The translations under genes were made by a program, and so were the position numbers. Below, one piece after another: positions 25,301 through 33,503 of a stretch of DNA of 38,357 nucleotides. Below the pieces are notes generated by a model. That model saw only the letters and a list, made by a program, of their open reading frames with translations, was not told the origin of the DNA and did no database searches. Position 1 is the first letter of the stretch, and each line of letters opens with the position of its first letter. Origin of the DNA: a virus (Duplodnaviria > Caudoviricetes); IMG/VR virus record IMGVR_UViG_3300007735_000699, positions 1-38,357 of that record. The stretch is one strand, 5' to 3'.

Positions 25301-28105
25301 CGCCGTCGCGCAGAAGAGCTTTCCACGCTTGAAGCCGATCTCACCGCGACTCGCCAAGAAGCAAGAACCCTCCGTGAGCAAGAACGCGCCGCCGCCCGTG
25401 ACGATGTAGCGGCCCTGCGCGACGAGGCCAAGAGGCTTGGAACCCAAGTGCGAGAGGGTCGAGCGGGCCTTCGTGAGCCTGTATCCGATGCGGTCAAGAG
25501 GGAATACATCGCGGAAGTTCAGGCATACGCTGATTCCGTAGGCGTTCGCACCGACCGTTGGCTTGGGCAGCTTCCAGCCACCGTCAAGTCGGATATGAAC
25601 GTGATCGGCGGAATGGATAACTTGACCAATGTATCTCGGATTGGCAGACAAAAAGGCGAGAAGGCGCGAACGGGAGCATTGGCACGTCAGGGAAACATTG
25701 ACAACTCTTACGACGCGCTAATGAAAGCAAGCGTTGATATTCCCGTTGAACGCAAGTGGACCTTCAAGGCGATTGCTGACAGCCTGTTCCCTTATCGCTA
25801 CCGACCCGTTGAGGGTGTGGATCGCTATACGAGCCAAGAGATTGCGCGTCTTGTCACCGAAGGCCGCGTAGATTGGAACCGCTTTACCGCAGTTCCTTAC
25901 CAAGTTGAGAAGCGCATTGAAGACTTTATGCAGCGCACAGAAGACGCTACCTCAGCCGAACTTGCTGCGTTTGCCGATGACATCAACAGCCTTCTTGAAG
26001 AACATAAGCGTTTGTCGCCAAGTGAAGCTCGGATTCTGAATCCGATGCAGAAAGATTCTAAGCGCCGACCCCCCGAAGAAGCGTGGGCCGTAGCGGAAGA
26101 GAGCTTGAATACAACGCTTGATAATCAGCTTCGAGAGCGTCTAGCCAAATCCCAAACGCCTGAAGATGAAATCTCTCAGGTGATCCGAGAAGATAGGGCC
26201 GGTCGTGAATACAGCCTCTATCCGATTGAGAGGGTTCGAGAAGTTCAGAAACAACTTGCGCCAATGACAGGATTGACGGGGGCCGGAATGACAATAGCGA
26301 CGGTTTTCAACAAGGCAGCTTCGCTTCTCCTACTTGGAACCTCTCCCGTTTGGCTATCGCTTCAGTTTCTTGCTGAAACCTTGCAGGGCGCAAGTGCGAT
26401 TAGTGCAACGGGGCTTCCGACACCCGTTGCGATCTCTAAGGTTTGGTTTGGTAAGGCCGCTAGAGAGGCTAGGAAGCTAAGCCACGATGAACGTGTGGGC
26501 TTTATGGCCGCAGCGGGTGAAGCGCCAGGTATTGACCAGCCGCTAACGGGTATTCGCTCAGGCTTTGCTGAAGGTTTCATTCAGAACGCAGATAACTCGC
26601 TTGGCATCTTCAAGGCGTATGGGTTGCTAGAGGGCGCAAAGCGCCTAATGACCCTAAAGACACTTGGCGATATTGACCGTTGGAAAACTTCCGTGATCCG
26701 TCGAGGCGTAGCGGCTGAGTATGTGAATAAGCGCTTGAATAGCTTCGGGGCGAATATCAAAGCCACCTTTGACCTTCAAGATGCGATCTACAAGGAACTA
26801 AAAGATAAGTCACTTGAAGAGCAACTTCGCTACTTCGCTACTAACCCGAAAGCCAATGTTCAGCTCGCCAACTATATGCGCGACTTGATGGGCGATTGGT
26901 ATTACCTGACTAGTCTTGAACGCGCACCCGCAGCAATAGCGATGTTCTACCCCTATATCCGTATGAGCCTGCGCTACACCTTCTGGGGGCTGCCAAAGAA
27001 CCACCCCGTCAAGTGGGCGATTATGACTACGTTCGGGGCAGCGCAGGCAGAGCAGTTGCGCGATCTACTTCACGGCTCGCCAGGCTTCATCGCCAAATAT
27101 GCCCAGCCAGCGATTATGGGAGGCACCCCAACCGAAGATAATCCCTATGGAGTCACCTCTACGCTTGACTTTTCCCGAGTCGTGCCGGGCGCTAATGCGA
27201 TCATTGAGAATGTTCTTGGCAATAGCCCGGAGAAAACACCGCTTGCCATACTCAACCCTGTATTTCAAGCCGCTAACACGCTTGCTACGGGAACACAAGC
27301 GTTTGGCAACGATGTAAGCGGTGGTTTCAATGAGCAGGCGAAGGCCGCGTTGCTTTCGCTTCTGTCGTTGCCGATGCCCATTCGAGCTTTGGATCAGTTG
27401 AACATAACCTCTAATCCGTTGGGCAAAGCATTGAATGAAGGCGAGGGTCCAAACACGGAGGCATACAGACGGGGCATTGAGCGTGACCTGATTTCTCTCC
27501 TAGCTCCAGCCTATAAGCCAAAGAGCCTAAAAGCGGCTCGCACCGATATTGCTTACCAGGTTCTATTTGACCTTTCGGGCAAGATTTACGAGATGCAAGA
27601 TAAAGCCTATTCAGAGATCAAGCCTTTGGAAAATGCGATGCTAGAAGCAAAGGCACAAGGTAATGCTGCCGAGTTCAAGCGCTTGCAGCAACAAGCAATC
27701 GCTATGCGTAAAGAGGCTTATGCCACCTATCGTAAGGGACGTTTAGCGCAAGCGGAGCTTGACCGACTCGCCAAAGCCTACGGGCCTGATTGGTTCAAGA
27801 TTTCAAGCTCTAGGCGTAATAAGGCCATATCTGCAAATACTCAGGATTTATGGTTTGCCTACACCGGCAGTAAGCCTTTGACCATTGAGCAGTTTGACAA
27901 AATGCTTGCGCGAGTAATCAAGCGCAAGGAATACGGAGTTCCCGCCTATCGTCGTAAGGCTAAGCGGATACAAAATGCGTGGCTACCTATTGAGGATTGG
28001 CCCCAGGGCTTTGCCCCAATCCCAGAAGGTCGCTGGCAACCAAACCAAAAGCCCCTCTGGAAAGTCAATGAAGATAGAGGCCGTTGGACCCCAATCAACA
28101 ACTAA
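22379..28105 (+). CDS. Giant internal virion / ejection protein (1908 aa) with an embedded ADP-ribosyltransferase-like domain
   Basis: Size and position typical of podovirus ejection proteins; ART-like motifs at ~24770-25260. Confidence 0.75.
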   Translation: MPRASSGGGKKKVRRKPALSGFVNAREAGMYGGSEKRQRQVAQQISSNLAVGRAERAKVRRSNALEAWRNSNGQLGELSPSQEAIVIRDAARNEMGADWKNLPGVDKGGKIVRMPQVEAQVKQRRDYVQFQRLPQEIKNMVTAEAEARAYKQAFQQGKAQGGSSQQLNELQRKMQATANEAQARKLQAAEKGLVGLKPDGKVEWIGQNPDVNPLSLENVIGELIPDQPWEIALTVGTVGIGSAVRGAWRAGKFAKIAADAKKLKAAGDTAKVATKSRIAGAVSKVTAPITESAAGQATKQGAAKVADATTSFAAGAPKPVRVAGSGVGKTVKAAGQHVGRRKYAYLLGPGATGVYGAAKSGDLKDIVTDPAQMGAAVVSGAVSDPGKTAESTMAGLLAIPGVMGEMLLNPLLSVRRAAGTAVGAEDYTGKQIAAPTTQMVDKQVSGLKEYLDTFTSGDAEKMRQAVINEYGVIPAASVLPMGIKPFVGAGKAATKGARVAAARGRTKFKNVPYDPERPIFLVGERRGDRISVAMNFGQAILGKRIEKGQAKKGIDKQAARARRSLPIDEYPSEYIPNDAELKSGVRRKPIVAEVGADAALYEIVSLGLPRDAIALRRWISDQLPAQNKLAEGRVEPLRGDAIPREWSLRYLNKHLDEIVANDNFWNAAQRITDQIAQSVAEGGRGYSPLANARAVGETRTDGQGRFDPIPQPEERVGLRTRLATGERLRADAEAKILAKEKQLKAVQGKIRDASRRGNSAELKALEKKANQIQRRRDNLVGELRQIEKTVARQDPAGFPLTQAELEGITDWTTATEHGAVQRVLYGETRSSEANPGFRKRTQSIIRRLDAAFRKQRPLARDIVVYHRFPLERDLNSRLIPEGLGGRNPGYLATSFRDIPRFREAGQLVEIRVPKGSRVINVPANLKRNPSNESEVLLPRDTYFEWIDETPDGTLIYEARTPDLPTARADDVALNRRRAEELSTLEADLTATRQEARTLREQERAAARDDVAALRDEAKRLGTQVREGRAGLREPVSDAVKREYIAEVQAYADSVGVRTDRWLGQLPATVKSDMNVIGGMDNLTNVSRIGRQKGEKARTGALARQGNIDNSYDALMKASVDIPVERKWTFKAIADSLFPYRYRPVEGVDRYTSQEIARLVTEGRVDWNRFTAVPYQVEKRIEDFMQRTEDATSAELAAFADDINSLLEEHKRLSPSEARILNPMQKDSKRRPPEEAWAVAEESLNTTLDNQLRERLAKSQTPEDEISQVIREDRAGREYSLYPIERVREVQKQLAPMTGLTGAGMTIATVFNKAASLLLLGTSPVWLSLQFLAETLQGASAISATGLPTPVAISKVWFGKAAREARKLSHDERVGFMAAAGEAPGIDQPLTGIRSGFAEGFIQNADNSLGIFKAYGLLEGAKRLMTLKTLGDIDRWKTSVIRRGVAAEYVNKRLNSFGANIKATFDLQDAIYKELKDKSLEEQLRYFATNPKANVQLANYMRDLMGDWYYLTSLERAPAAIAMFYPYIRMSLRYTFWGLPKNHPVKWAIMTTFGAAQAEQLRDLLHGSPGFIAKYAQPAIMGGTPTEDNPYGVTSTLDFSRVVPGANAIIENVLGNSPEKTPLAILNPVFQAANTLATGTQAFGNDVSGGFNEQAKAALLSLLSLPMPIRALDQLNITSNPLGKALNEGEGPNTEAYRRGIERDLISLLAPAYKPKSLKAARTDIAYQVLFDLSGKIYEMQDKAYSEIKPLENAMLEAKAQGNAAEFKRLQQQAIAMRKEAYATYRKGRLAQAELDRLAKAYGPDWFKISSSRRNKAISANTQDLWFAYTGSKPLTIEQFDKMLARVIKRKEYGVPAYRRKAKRIQNAWLPIEDWPQGFAPIPEGRWQPNQKPLWKVNEDRGRWTPINN

Positions 28106-28128
28106 CCCCCCCTACCCAAGAAAGACAA

Positions 28129-28344
28129 ATGGCAGCCGCACGACCCCCCAGACACCCAGATCAAGACCGACTCTCATACCTCGAAACCGCAGTAGCCGTT
28201 CACGATACCCAGATTGAGGGTTTGGACGAGGACGTGCGCGATCTCAGCGAGGCTATCCGAGGCTTACGCCAAGCGATTATTGGCTTTGCCCTTACGGTTG
28301 CGGCAAGCGCCGCGATCCTAGTCTTTGGGATTAGCCGCGTCTGA
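28129..28344 (+). CDS. XhlA-like coiled-coil plus C-terminal TM protein (holin accessory candidate)
   Basis: DRLSYLE...coiled coil followed by a hydrophobic C-terminus. Confidence 0.6.
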   Translation: MAAARPPRHPDQDRLSYLETAVAVHDTQIEGLDEDVRDLSEAIRGLRQAIIGFALTVAASAAILVFGISRV

Positions 28345-28682
28345 TGGCCGCTTGGCAGACAAAGGCAGGTAAGAACCCTACGGGTGGACTCAATGCCGCC
28401 GGTCGAGCATCGCTTAGGGCGCAAGGACAGAACATAAAGCCGGGGGTCAAGAGCTATTCCTCTGCTTCCCCCGCTGATAAGCAGCGTTGGATCAGCTGGG
28501 CGCGTCGGTTCTACGCCAACCCCTCCGGCCCGCTGAAGGACGCTAAGGGCCGTCCGACCCGCCTAGCCCTTACCGCCCGAGCTTGGGGCGAACCCGTTCC
28601 CTCCACCCGCGCTCAGGCGCAATCCATCGCTCGTAAGGCGAAGGTGCGGCAGGCTCGGTTGAAATCCGTTCGTAGGGTCTGA
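28344..28682 (+). CDS. Small basic phage protein (DUF6321-like)
   Basis: AWQTKAGKNPTGGLNAAGRAS...KPGVK. Confidence 0.6.
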   Translation: MAAWQTKAGKNPTGGLNAAGRASLRAQGQNIKPGVKSYSSASPADKQRWISWARRFYANPSGPLKDAKGRPTRLALTARAWGEPVPSTRAQAQSIARKAKVRQARLKSVRRV

Positions 28683-28790
28683 TACCTTTCATCTCGTCGC
28701 GCAAGGCTTCACCTCCCTGCGTGATGGTGGATTCTTCCACCTTTTCTATTCCGACGAAGCCCCTGGCCTATTCCGGGGGCTTTGTCGTTT
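28683..28790 (+). ncRNA. Structured intergenic RNA ending in a terminator-like hairpin with a CCUAUU loop; candidate antisense regulator of the early cassette
   Basis: Hairpin with loop AGGCTTCACCTCCC; TCTTCCACCTTT; CTATTC; 15-bp stem 28752-28787 around CCTATT, followed by TTTCT. Confidence 0.55.
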
Positions 28791-28822
28791 CTGAACACCT
28801 ACTACCTCTCTAGGAGGCTCCA

Positions 28823-29185
28823 ATGGCTAAGAAGCCCGCCCGCAAGGGTGTATTCCCGCGTGGGGAAAAGGCGCAGCCCGCCCACGTTTATGCCGAGCGG
28901 ATCGCTCGCAAGTTCAACCTCTCCATAACTTCCGGCTATCGCAGCAAGGCTGAGAACGCAGCGGTCGGCGGTGCGCCCAACTCGTATCACACGCGAGGTC
29001 TTGCGTTTGATTTCGTCCCGCAGCGTTCCGGCGCGTGGGGACAGCTCGACCGCGCTAAGGCGTGGGCGTATGCCCGCTTCTCTGGCAACTTCGCAGAAGT
29101 CCTCTGGCGAGTCAGCGGTCACTACGATCACCTGCATATCGCGCTTGCTCCCGGCAAGGCTACCCCGAGCAGGCGGCGGTATTAG
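28823..29185 (+). CDS. Peptidase M15A-like (D-Ala-D-Ala carboxypeptidase fold) protein
   Basis: TSGYRS..ENAAVGGAPNSYH..GLAFD...HLHI; SD AGGAGG. Confidence 0.85.
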   Translation: MAKKPARKGVFPRGEKAQPAHVYAERIARKFNLSITSGYRSKAENAAVGGAPNSYHTRGLAFDFVPQRSGAWGQLDRAKAWAYARFSGNFAEVLWRVSGHYDHLHIALAPGKATPSRRRY

Positions 29186-29187
29186 AT

Positions 29188-29739
29188 ATGGCAGCCCTGA
29201 AGCGCAGGTTGCGCCGACTTCTCCGCAAGGTAGCGCGGGTGCGCCGGCAGATACGCCAAGCCAAGACGCGCCCGACAGATATTTCTGAAAACGGTGTTGC
29301 CTTTATTAGTGAGTTTGAGGGCTTTGAGCCGCGCCCACGCCCCGATCCCGTCGGGTATTGCACCGTTGGCTTTGGGCATCTTATTCGCTACGGAGCTTGT
29401 CGCCCAGAGGATCATAAGAAGTTCGGAACCCTAACGCTGAAGCAGGGACTCGATCTACTTCACTCTGATCTCAAAGAGTATTCGGACGGTATTAGAGACT
29501 CTGTAAGCGTTCCCCTGACCCAGAATCAGTTTGACGCTTTGGTTTCGTTTGCCTACAACAACGGTTTGGGCGCGTGGCTTTCCAGCACGTTGAGGCGCAA
29601 GATAAATGGCAAGGCTCCATCGTGGGAGATTCGCAGCGAGTTCTCCAAGTGGGTCAATGCCGGCACCCCCCCGCGCCCGCTCCCTGGATTGGTAAGGCGC
29701 AGGAAAGCCGAAGCAGACCTCTTTTACCAGAAGTCGTAG
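29188..29739 (+). CDS. Endolysin, GH24 lysozyme
   Basis: FEG.......DPVG..TVGFGH (E-D-T triad), LTQNQFDALVSFAYN.G, GLVRRRKAEADLF. Confidence 0.9.
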   Translation: MAALKRRLRRLLRKVARVRRQIRQAKTRPTDISENGVAFISEFEGFEPRPRPDPVGYCTVGFGHLIRYGACRPEDHKKFGTLTLKQGLDLLHSDLKEYSDGIRDSVSVPLTQNQFDALVSFAYNNGLGAWLSSTLRRKINGKAPSWEIRSEFSKWVNAGTPPRPLPGLVRRRKAEADLFYQKS

Positions 29740-29806
29740 TTTTCCGTCCGTTTAGCCTGCTTCTATTCATAGTGGCAGTTTTACCAAACCTATTAGGAGG
29801 ATTCGT

Positions 29807-29968
29807 ATGACCCCCAAGAAGAAGGTTGCCGCCGCAGGTATTGGCGGTGCAGTCACCACGATTCTGCTCTTCGTTCTCTCTCAGTTCAGCGTTGAGGTTC
29901 CTGGCGATGTAGGAGCCGCGATTGCAACCGTGATCTCGTTTGCCGCTGGATTCCTGAAGGCCGAGTAG
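29807..29968 (+). CDS. Putative holin, 53 aa with two TM helices, not in the ORF track
   Basis: SD AGGAGG; MTPKKKVAAAGIGGAVTTILLFVLSQFSVEVPGDVGAAIATVISFAAGFLKAE; follows the lysozyme gene. Confidence 0.7.
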   Translation: MTPKKKVAAAGIGGAVTTILLFVLSQFSVEVPGDVGAAIATVISFAAGFLKAE

Positions 29969-29970
29969 CC

Positions 29971-30273
29971 CTGAGCCACTATGCGAGGGGGAGGGCAAAA
30001 GAATATGCGGTGCGCGATTGCCTCATTGAACGGGGGTATGAAGTCGTGAGGGGCGCAGGCTCTAAGGGCGCTGACCTGATTGCGGGGCGCAACGGCAAGA
30101 CCTATGCCATTGAGGTCAAGAACACGAAGACCCTATGGAGTGGATTCGGCCCCGCTCGTCGTGCAGAGATGCGCCGTATGTGCAAGAACGCCGGGTGGGT
30201 TGGAGTGCTAGTCCACTTTGCCCCCGGCGAGTCCAAGCCTACTGTGGCCTTTGAGAATGTGTGGCCCGACTAA
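29971..30273 (+). CDS. Hjc-type Holliday junction resolvase (possible CTG start)
   Basis: Y.RG..KE...L...GYEV.RGAGSKG.DLIA......IEVK (PD-(D/E)XK, Hjc pattern). Confidence 0.75.
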   Translation: MSHYARGRAKEYAVRDCLIERGYEVVRGAGSKGADLIAGRNGKTYAIEVKNTKTLWSGFGPARRAEMRRMCKNAGWVGVLVHFAPGESKPTVAFENVWPD

Positions 30274-31526
30274 TGGCGGGAAAGCATAAATACGATTGGC
30301 CGTCTGACAAGGCGCTAACCGCGCTAGTTGAGAAGCTGGGGCAACACCAAGCCGCCTCTTCGCTAGGCGTTCCAAGGGCTACTCTTCAGTCGCGGTTGCA
30401 GGCTCGGGGGATTACCGCCACGAAGAAGAATGACAAGCTGCCACCGAAGCCCATTGACGATCCCGACCGCTTGAAGGTGACGCAGCTCGAAGCCGAGAAC
30501 AAGGCGATGCGGCGCGACCTGAAGGCTTACTCAGCGGCGCTCTCCGACCAGGAGGCGTTCTTTGAGCGGATCGTAGAGGCAACCAAGATGCCGGTGAAGA
30601 AGCCCGACTTCACCCGCAAGAAGCAATCCAAGAGCAAACCGAAAAACTCGGTAGTCCTACCAATCTTTGACCAGCAGTTCGGGCAGTTCGTCCGTGAAGA
30701 GGACACCCCCGGTAATAAGGGCAACTACTCGGTGGCAGAGTTTGATCGCCGCCTTGCTCGCTACGTCGAGGGTGTGAAGGGCGTAATCGCTGATCGTGCC
30801 GAGTCATACAACCTTGACGAGTTGATTATCGCTATGGGCGGCGATCATCTGGAAGGCGACGAGATATTCGCAGGTCAGGCGTGGCAGTTAGAACTTCACC
30901 CAATAGAGCAAGCGTGGCAGTTGGCGGGAAAAATGGAGGCCGCGCTACGCGATTTGACAACTTTCGCTATAACCCAAATCGGTATGAGGAAAGTAGCCGT
31001 GTATGGAGTGGACGACAATCACGGAAAGGTCGGAGGTAAGAAGTCCGGCGCACGTCCGGCTACCTACTCTTGGAACTATCTCTTCCTGAATCTTCTCGGG
31101 CTGCACCTCCGCGCTGAACCGATAGATCAGTTCGTAATCGAGCCAGGGGGCGCTCTCTTCTTCCGTTGCGCCGGCCATGAGTTTCAGTTGATCCACGGTC
31201 ACCAAATCCGCGGCTGGGCTGGACTTCCCTTTTATTCACTAACGAAGTTTGACGGGCGCTCTATTCGCTTGCACAGTCGTATCTATCGCTACTTGCTTAT
31301 GGGACACCACCACCAGCCCGCCACGATCCCTAACGGTTCAGGTGAAACCATTGTCTCCGGCGATTGGGTAGGTGCCAACAACCTTTCGGGAATGATTACC
31401 GCCGCTTCGCGCCCCCAGCAGAACGTCCTATTCGTCGCCCCTAAGTGGGGGATCGCAGGGGTTGAGCGCATCTACTTCACCGAAGCTGACGATGCCTACG
31501 AACCAACACCCATTTACGAAGTGTGA
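30273..31526 (+). CDS. Calcineurin-like metallophosphoesterase with N-terminal HTH
   Basis: D.Q.G, GDH.EG, DNHG, IHGH and GHHH motifs; AASSLGVPRATLQSRL HTH. Confidence 0.8.
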   Translation: MAGKHKYDWPSDKALTALVEKLGQHQAASSLGVPRATLQSRLQARGITATKKNDKLPPKPIDDPDRLKVTQLEAENKAMRRDLKAYSAALSDQEAFFERIVEATKMPVKKPDFTRKKQSKSKPKNSVVLPIFDQQFGQFVREEDTPGNKGNYSVAEFDRRLARYVEGVKGVIADRAESYNLDELIIAMGGDHLEGDEIFAGQAWQLELHPIEQAWQLAGKMEAALRDLTTFAITQIGMRKVAVYGVDDNHGKVGGKKSGARPATYSWNYLFLNLLGLHLRAEPIDQFVIEPGGALFFRCAGHEFQLIHGHQIRGWAGLPFYSLTKFDGRSIRLHSRIYRYLLMGHHHQPATIPNGSGETIVSGDWVGANNLSGMITAASRPQQNVLFVAPKWGIAGVERIYFTEADDAYEPTPIYEV

Positions 31527-31948
31527 GACTAGGAGGGCGTATGCGAGATCGAGAGTTTGAGAATGAGTTCCTGAACGCGGCAGCAAGGGAAGCCGCTATT
31601 GCCGGCCAAGCGCTTGAAGCGTTCAAGAGTCGAGTCTGGAAGCGATTGGATAAGGACGGCCCCGCCGAGTATGGCGGCGACGATGCCTACGCTACCCGTC
31701 CTCCAGGCGAGCTTGTCTCGGAAACGATGGAAGAGTCCGAAGATATTGCGGCGTGGTCGCTACTGACCGTTCAGCGCCTCTATGACTACGAGAGGGACGG
31801 AGAGATAGATCAAGAGATTGCTCACCTGATCCGTCTGAACCTTCTCTCTAGCGTGGCAGCAAGCCTGAAGGCACACGGCTTCCTGACCAACGCAAAGGGT
31901 TTGCTGAAGGAATACTCACGCAAGCCCGCAAGAACTTCAGGCGACTAG
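31523..31948 (+). CDS. Putative all-alpha NTP pyrophosphohydrolase (MazG/dUTPase-like)
   Basis: RL...G..EYG...E..EE..D pattern. Confidence 0.45.
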   Translation: MRLGGRMRDREFENEFLNAAAREAAIAGQALEAFKSRVWKRLDKDGPAEYGGDDAYATRPPGELVSETMEESEDIAAWSLLTVQRLYDYERDGEIDQEIAHLIRLNLLSSVAASLKAHGFLTNAKGLLKEYSRKPARTSGD

Positions 31949-32003
31949 CTGCGGCACCCCCCTTCGCCCAGCTCTTCACGCCTGATACACGCCCCCTGAC
32001 GCG

Positions 32004-32291
32004 CTACCCGCCCTCCTGCGCGTTGGGGGGCTTCTTTATTTCTCCTACGGTTTCGGCGCTTACATCGAGTTCTGACGACAGTTCACCCGTGAACCATACC
32101 CTCGGTAGCCCGGTCACTTCTGCGATCCCCATGATCTCTATCCACCTAGCCTGACGTTCGCCCTTTTCCACCCGAGCAAGGGTAGGTTGGGAAATCTGAA
32201 TCTTGTCGGCAAGCTCTTCCTGTGACAAGCCAGCATAGGCTCTGGCGGCTCTAACCCTTTTTCCTAGTTCTTCTGCACTCATTCCGACCAT
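32004..32291 (-). CDS. XRE-family HTH immunity repressor
   Basis: LGKRVRAARAYAGLSQEELADKIQISQPTLARVEKGER; divergent from the replication operon. Confidence 0.85.
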   Translation of the reverse strand: MVGMSAEELGKRVRAARAYAGLSQEELADKIQISQPTLARVEKGERQARWIEIMGIAEVTGLPRVWFTGELSSELDVSAETVGEIKKPPNAQEGG

Positions 32292-32524
32292 TCTGACACC
32301 CTCTCTCTTGGTAGTAGCGCGGGTCTGACGATTACAACAAACCCGCTATTTCCGGCTACCAAATCGGGGGTGATCTCGGCGGTTGCGACTTTTCCGCCGA
32401 AGAAGTTGGTAGGTTTCTCTTCGTTCTGAATGAAGACTATCAACTACTGCCTGATACTGCTTGCCCCCGCTTTCGGACTGATTGCTGCGGGCCTGCGTGA
32501 TTGGGCGAAGGGAGCAGCAAAGAA

Positions 32525-32722
32525 ATGGCAATAGAGGAACGGGTGGGTGCAACCACCAACAACGCGGCGGTAGATGCGTTGTTCGATGAAGTCGTGAAGC
32601 TTCGCAACGAGATGAACGATCTCAGGGAGCAAGTGGCGACTATCGCCAAGCTCTCGACCAAGCTCGCCAGGATCGTAGAACGGATTGAGCTTGTAGTGAG
32701 AAGGGGGCGGGCCAATGGCTAA
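32525..32722 (+). CDS. Small coiled-coil protein
   Basis: MAIEERV...; overlaps the next start. Confidence 0.55.
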   Translation: MAIEERVGATTNNAAVDALFDEVVKLRNEMNDLREQVATIAKLSTKLARIVERIELVVRRGRANG

Positions 32723-33236
32723 CTTCCAAGTCACTTGGGTAGGAGACAAGGTTCGGGAATACACGACGAAGGGCGGTCAGTCTTACAAGTCCTGCCGCCT
32801 TGCGGTTCGTGACGAGAATGGAAACCGCATTACCAAGCTCGAACTCTCGCGCCCTGCCGACCGGGAACTTCCGGCGGTAGGCGACGAGATCGCAGGTGGG
32901 ATCAAGCCCCACGCAAAGTTCGATGATCTTTCAGTCTTCGTAGAGGGGGCGACAGGAGAAGCGTCCACCACTACGAGCGGCGGGGGTTCTCTCTCTGCCC
33001 CCGCTGATACTTCAAGGGACGAGGCGATTGGTAAGCAGGTTGCCCTGAAGGTTGCGGGCATCGCCGTTGCGTCCTACATCGGGCAGGGTCTAATCAAGCC
33101 CGAAGAGTTCGGTGAGTATCTGGACAAGTTCACCCAGGCAGGTGTGGACACGCTGCGGGGGCGAGCGAAGTCGGAGGGCAAGCCAGAAGAGAAGTCCGAA
33201 GGGGGAACCGACCTTGACTCGGATATTCCCTTCTAG
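32715..33236 (+). CDS. Single-stranded DNA-binding protein (divergent)
   Basis: Beta-rich N-terminus and acidic DSDIPF C-terminal tail. Confidence 0.6.
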   Translation: MANFQVTWVGDKVREYTTKGGQSYKSCRLAVRDENGNRITKLELSRPADRELPAVGDEIAGGIKPHAKFDDLSVFVEGATGEASTTTSGGGSLSAPADTSRDEAIGKQVALKVAGIAVASYIGQGLIKPEEFGEYLDKFTQAGVDTLRGRAKSEGKPEEKSEGGTDLDSDIPF

Positions 33237-33317
33237 CCAACTGACCGCGCAGGAGCGTGAGGTAATGCAGGCGCTTCACGCTGAGTTCGTATTCGGCGGC
33301 TCGGGGAGGTGGGAGCG

Positions 33318-33503
33318 ATGAAGGCTGCCCACCACCTGAAGGAGCGCGAGATGCGGGGTAAGTGCCTTTGCTGGGATTGCCTTCGAGCTGAAGGCATAAC
33401 CCCTCCCCTCTCTATGCGCGGCAAGTCCCGTATCTACCCGACCGGCGAGGTGCCGAAGGGTGTGGGGTTTGACTTTGCCCCGTCCAAGAAGGCAGGTGCC
33501 TGA
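33318..33503 (+). CDS. Small zinc-binding protein
   Basis: SD GGAGGT; H...CLCWDC. Confidence 0.5.
   Translation: MKAAHHLKEREMRGKCLCWDCLRAEGITPPLSMRGKSRIYPTGEVPKGVGFDFAPSKKAGA

Noticed and set aside
22379-28105. Tape measure protein
   Set aside because: No tail tube, terminator or chaperone genes precede it, and it follows nozzle and fibre genes as podovirus ejection proteins do
28570-28720. Antisense 44-codon ORF (TTG start) behind GGGAGGTGAAG on the minus strand
   Set aside because: It overlaps a plausible conserved plus-strand gene, gives a featureless peptide, and local stems favour the plus strand; not fully excluded
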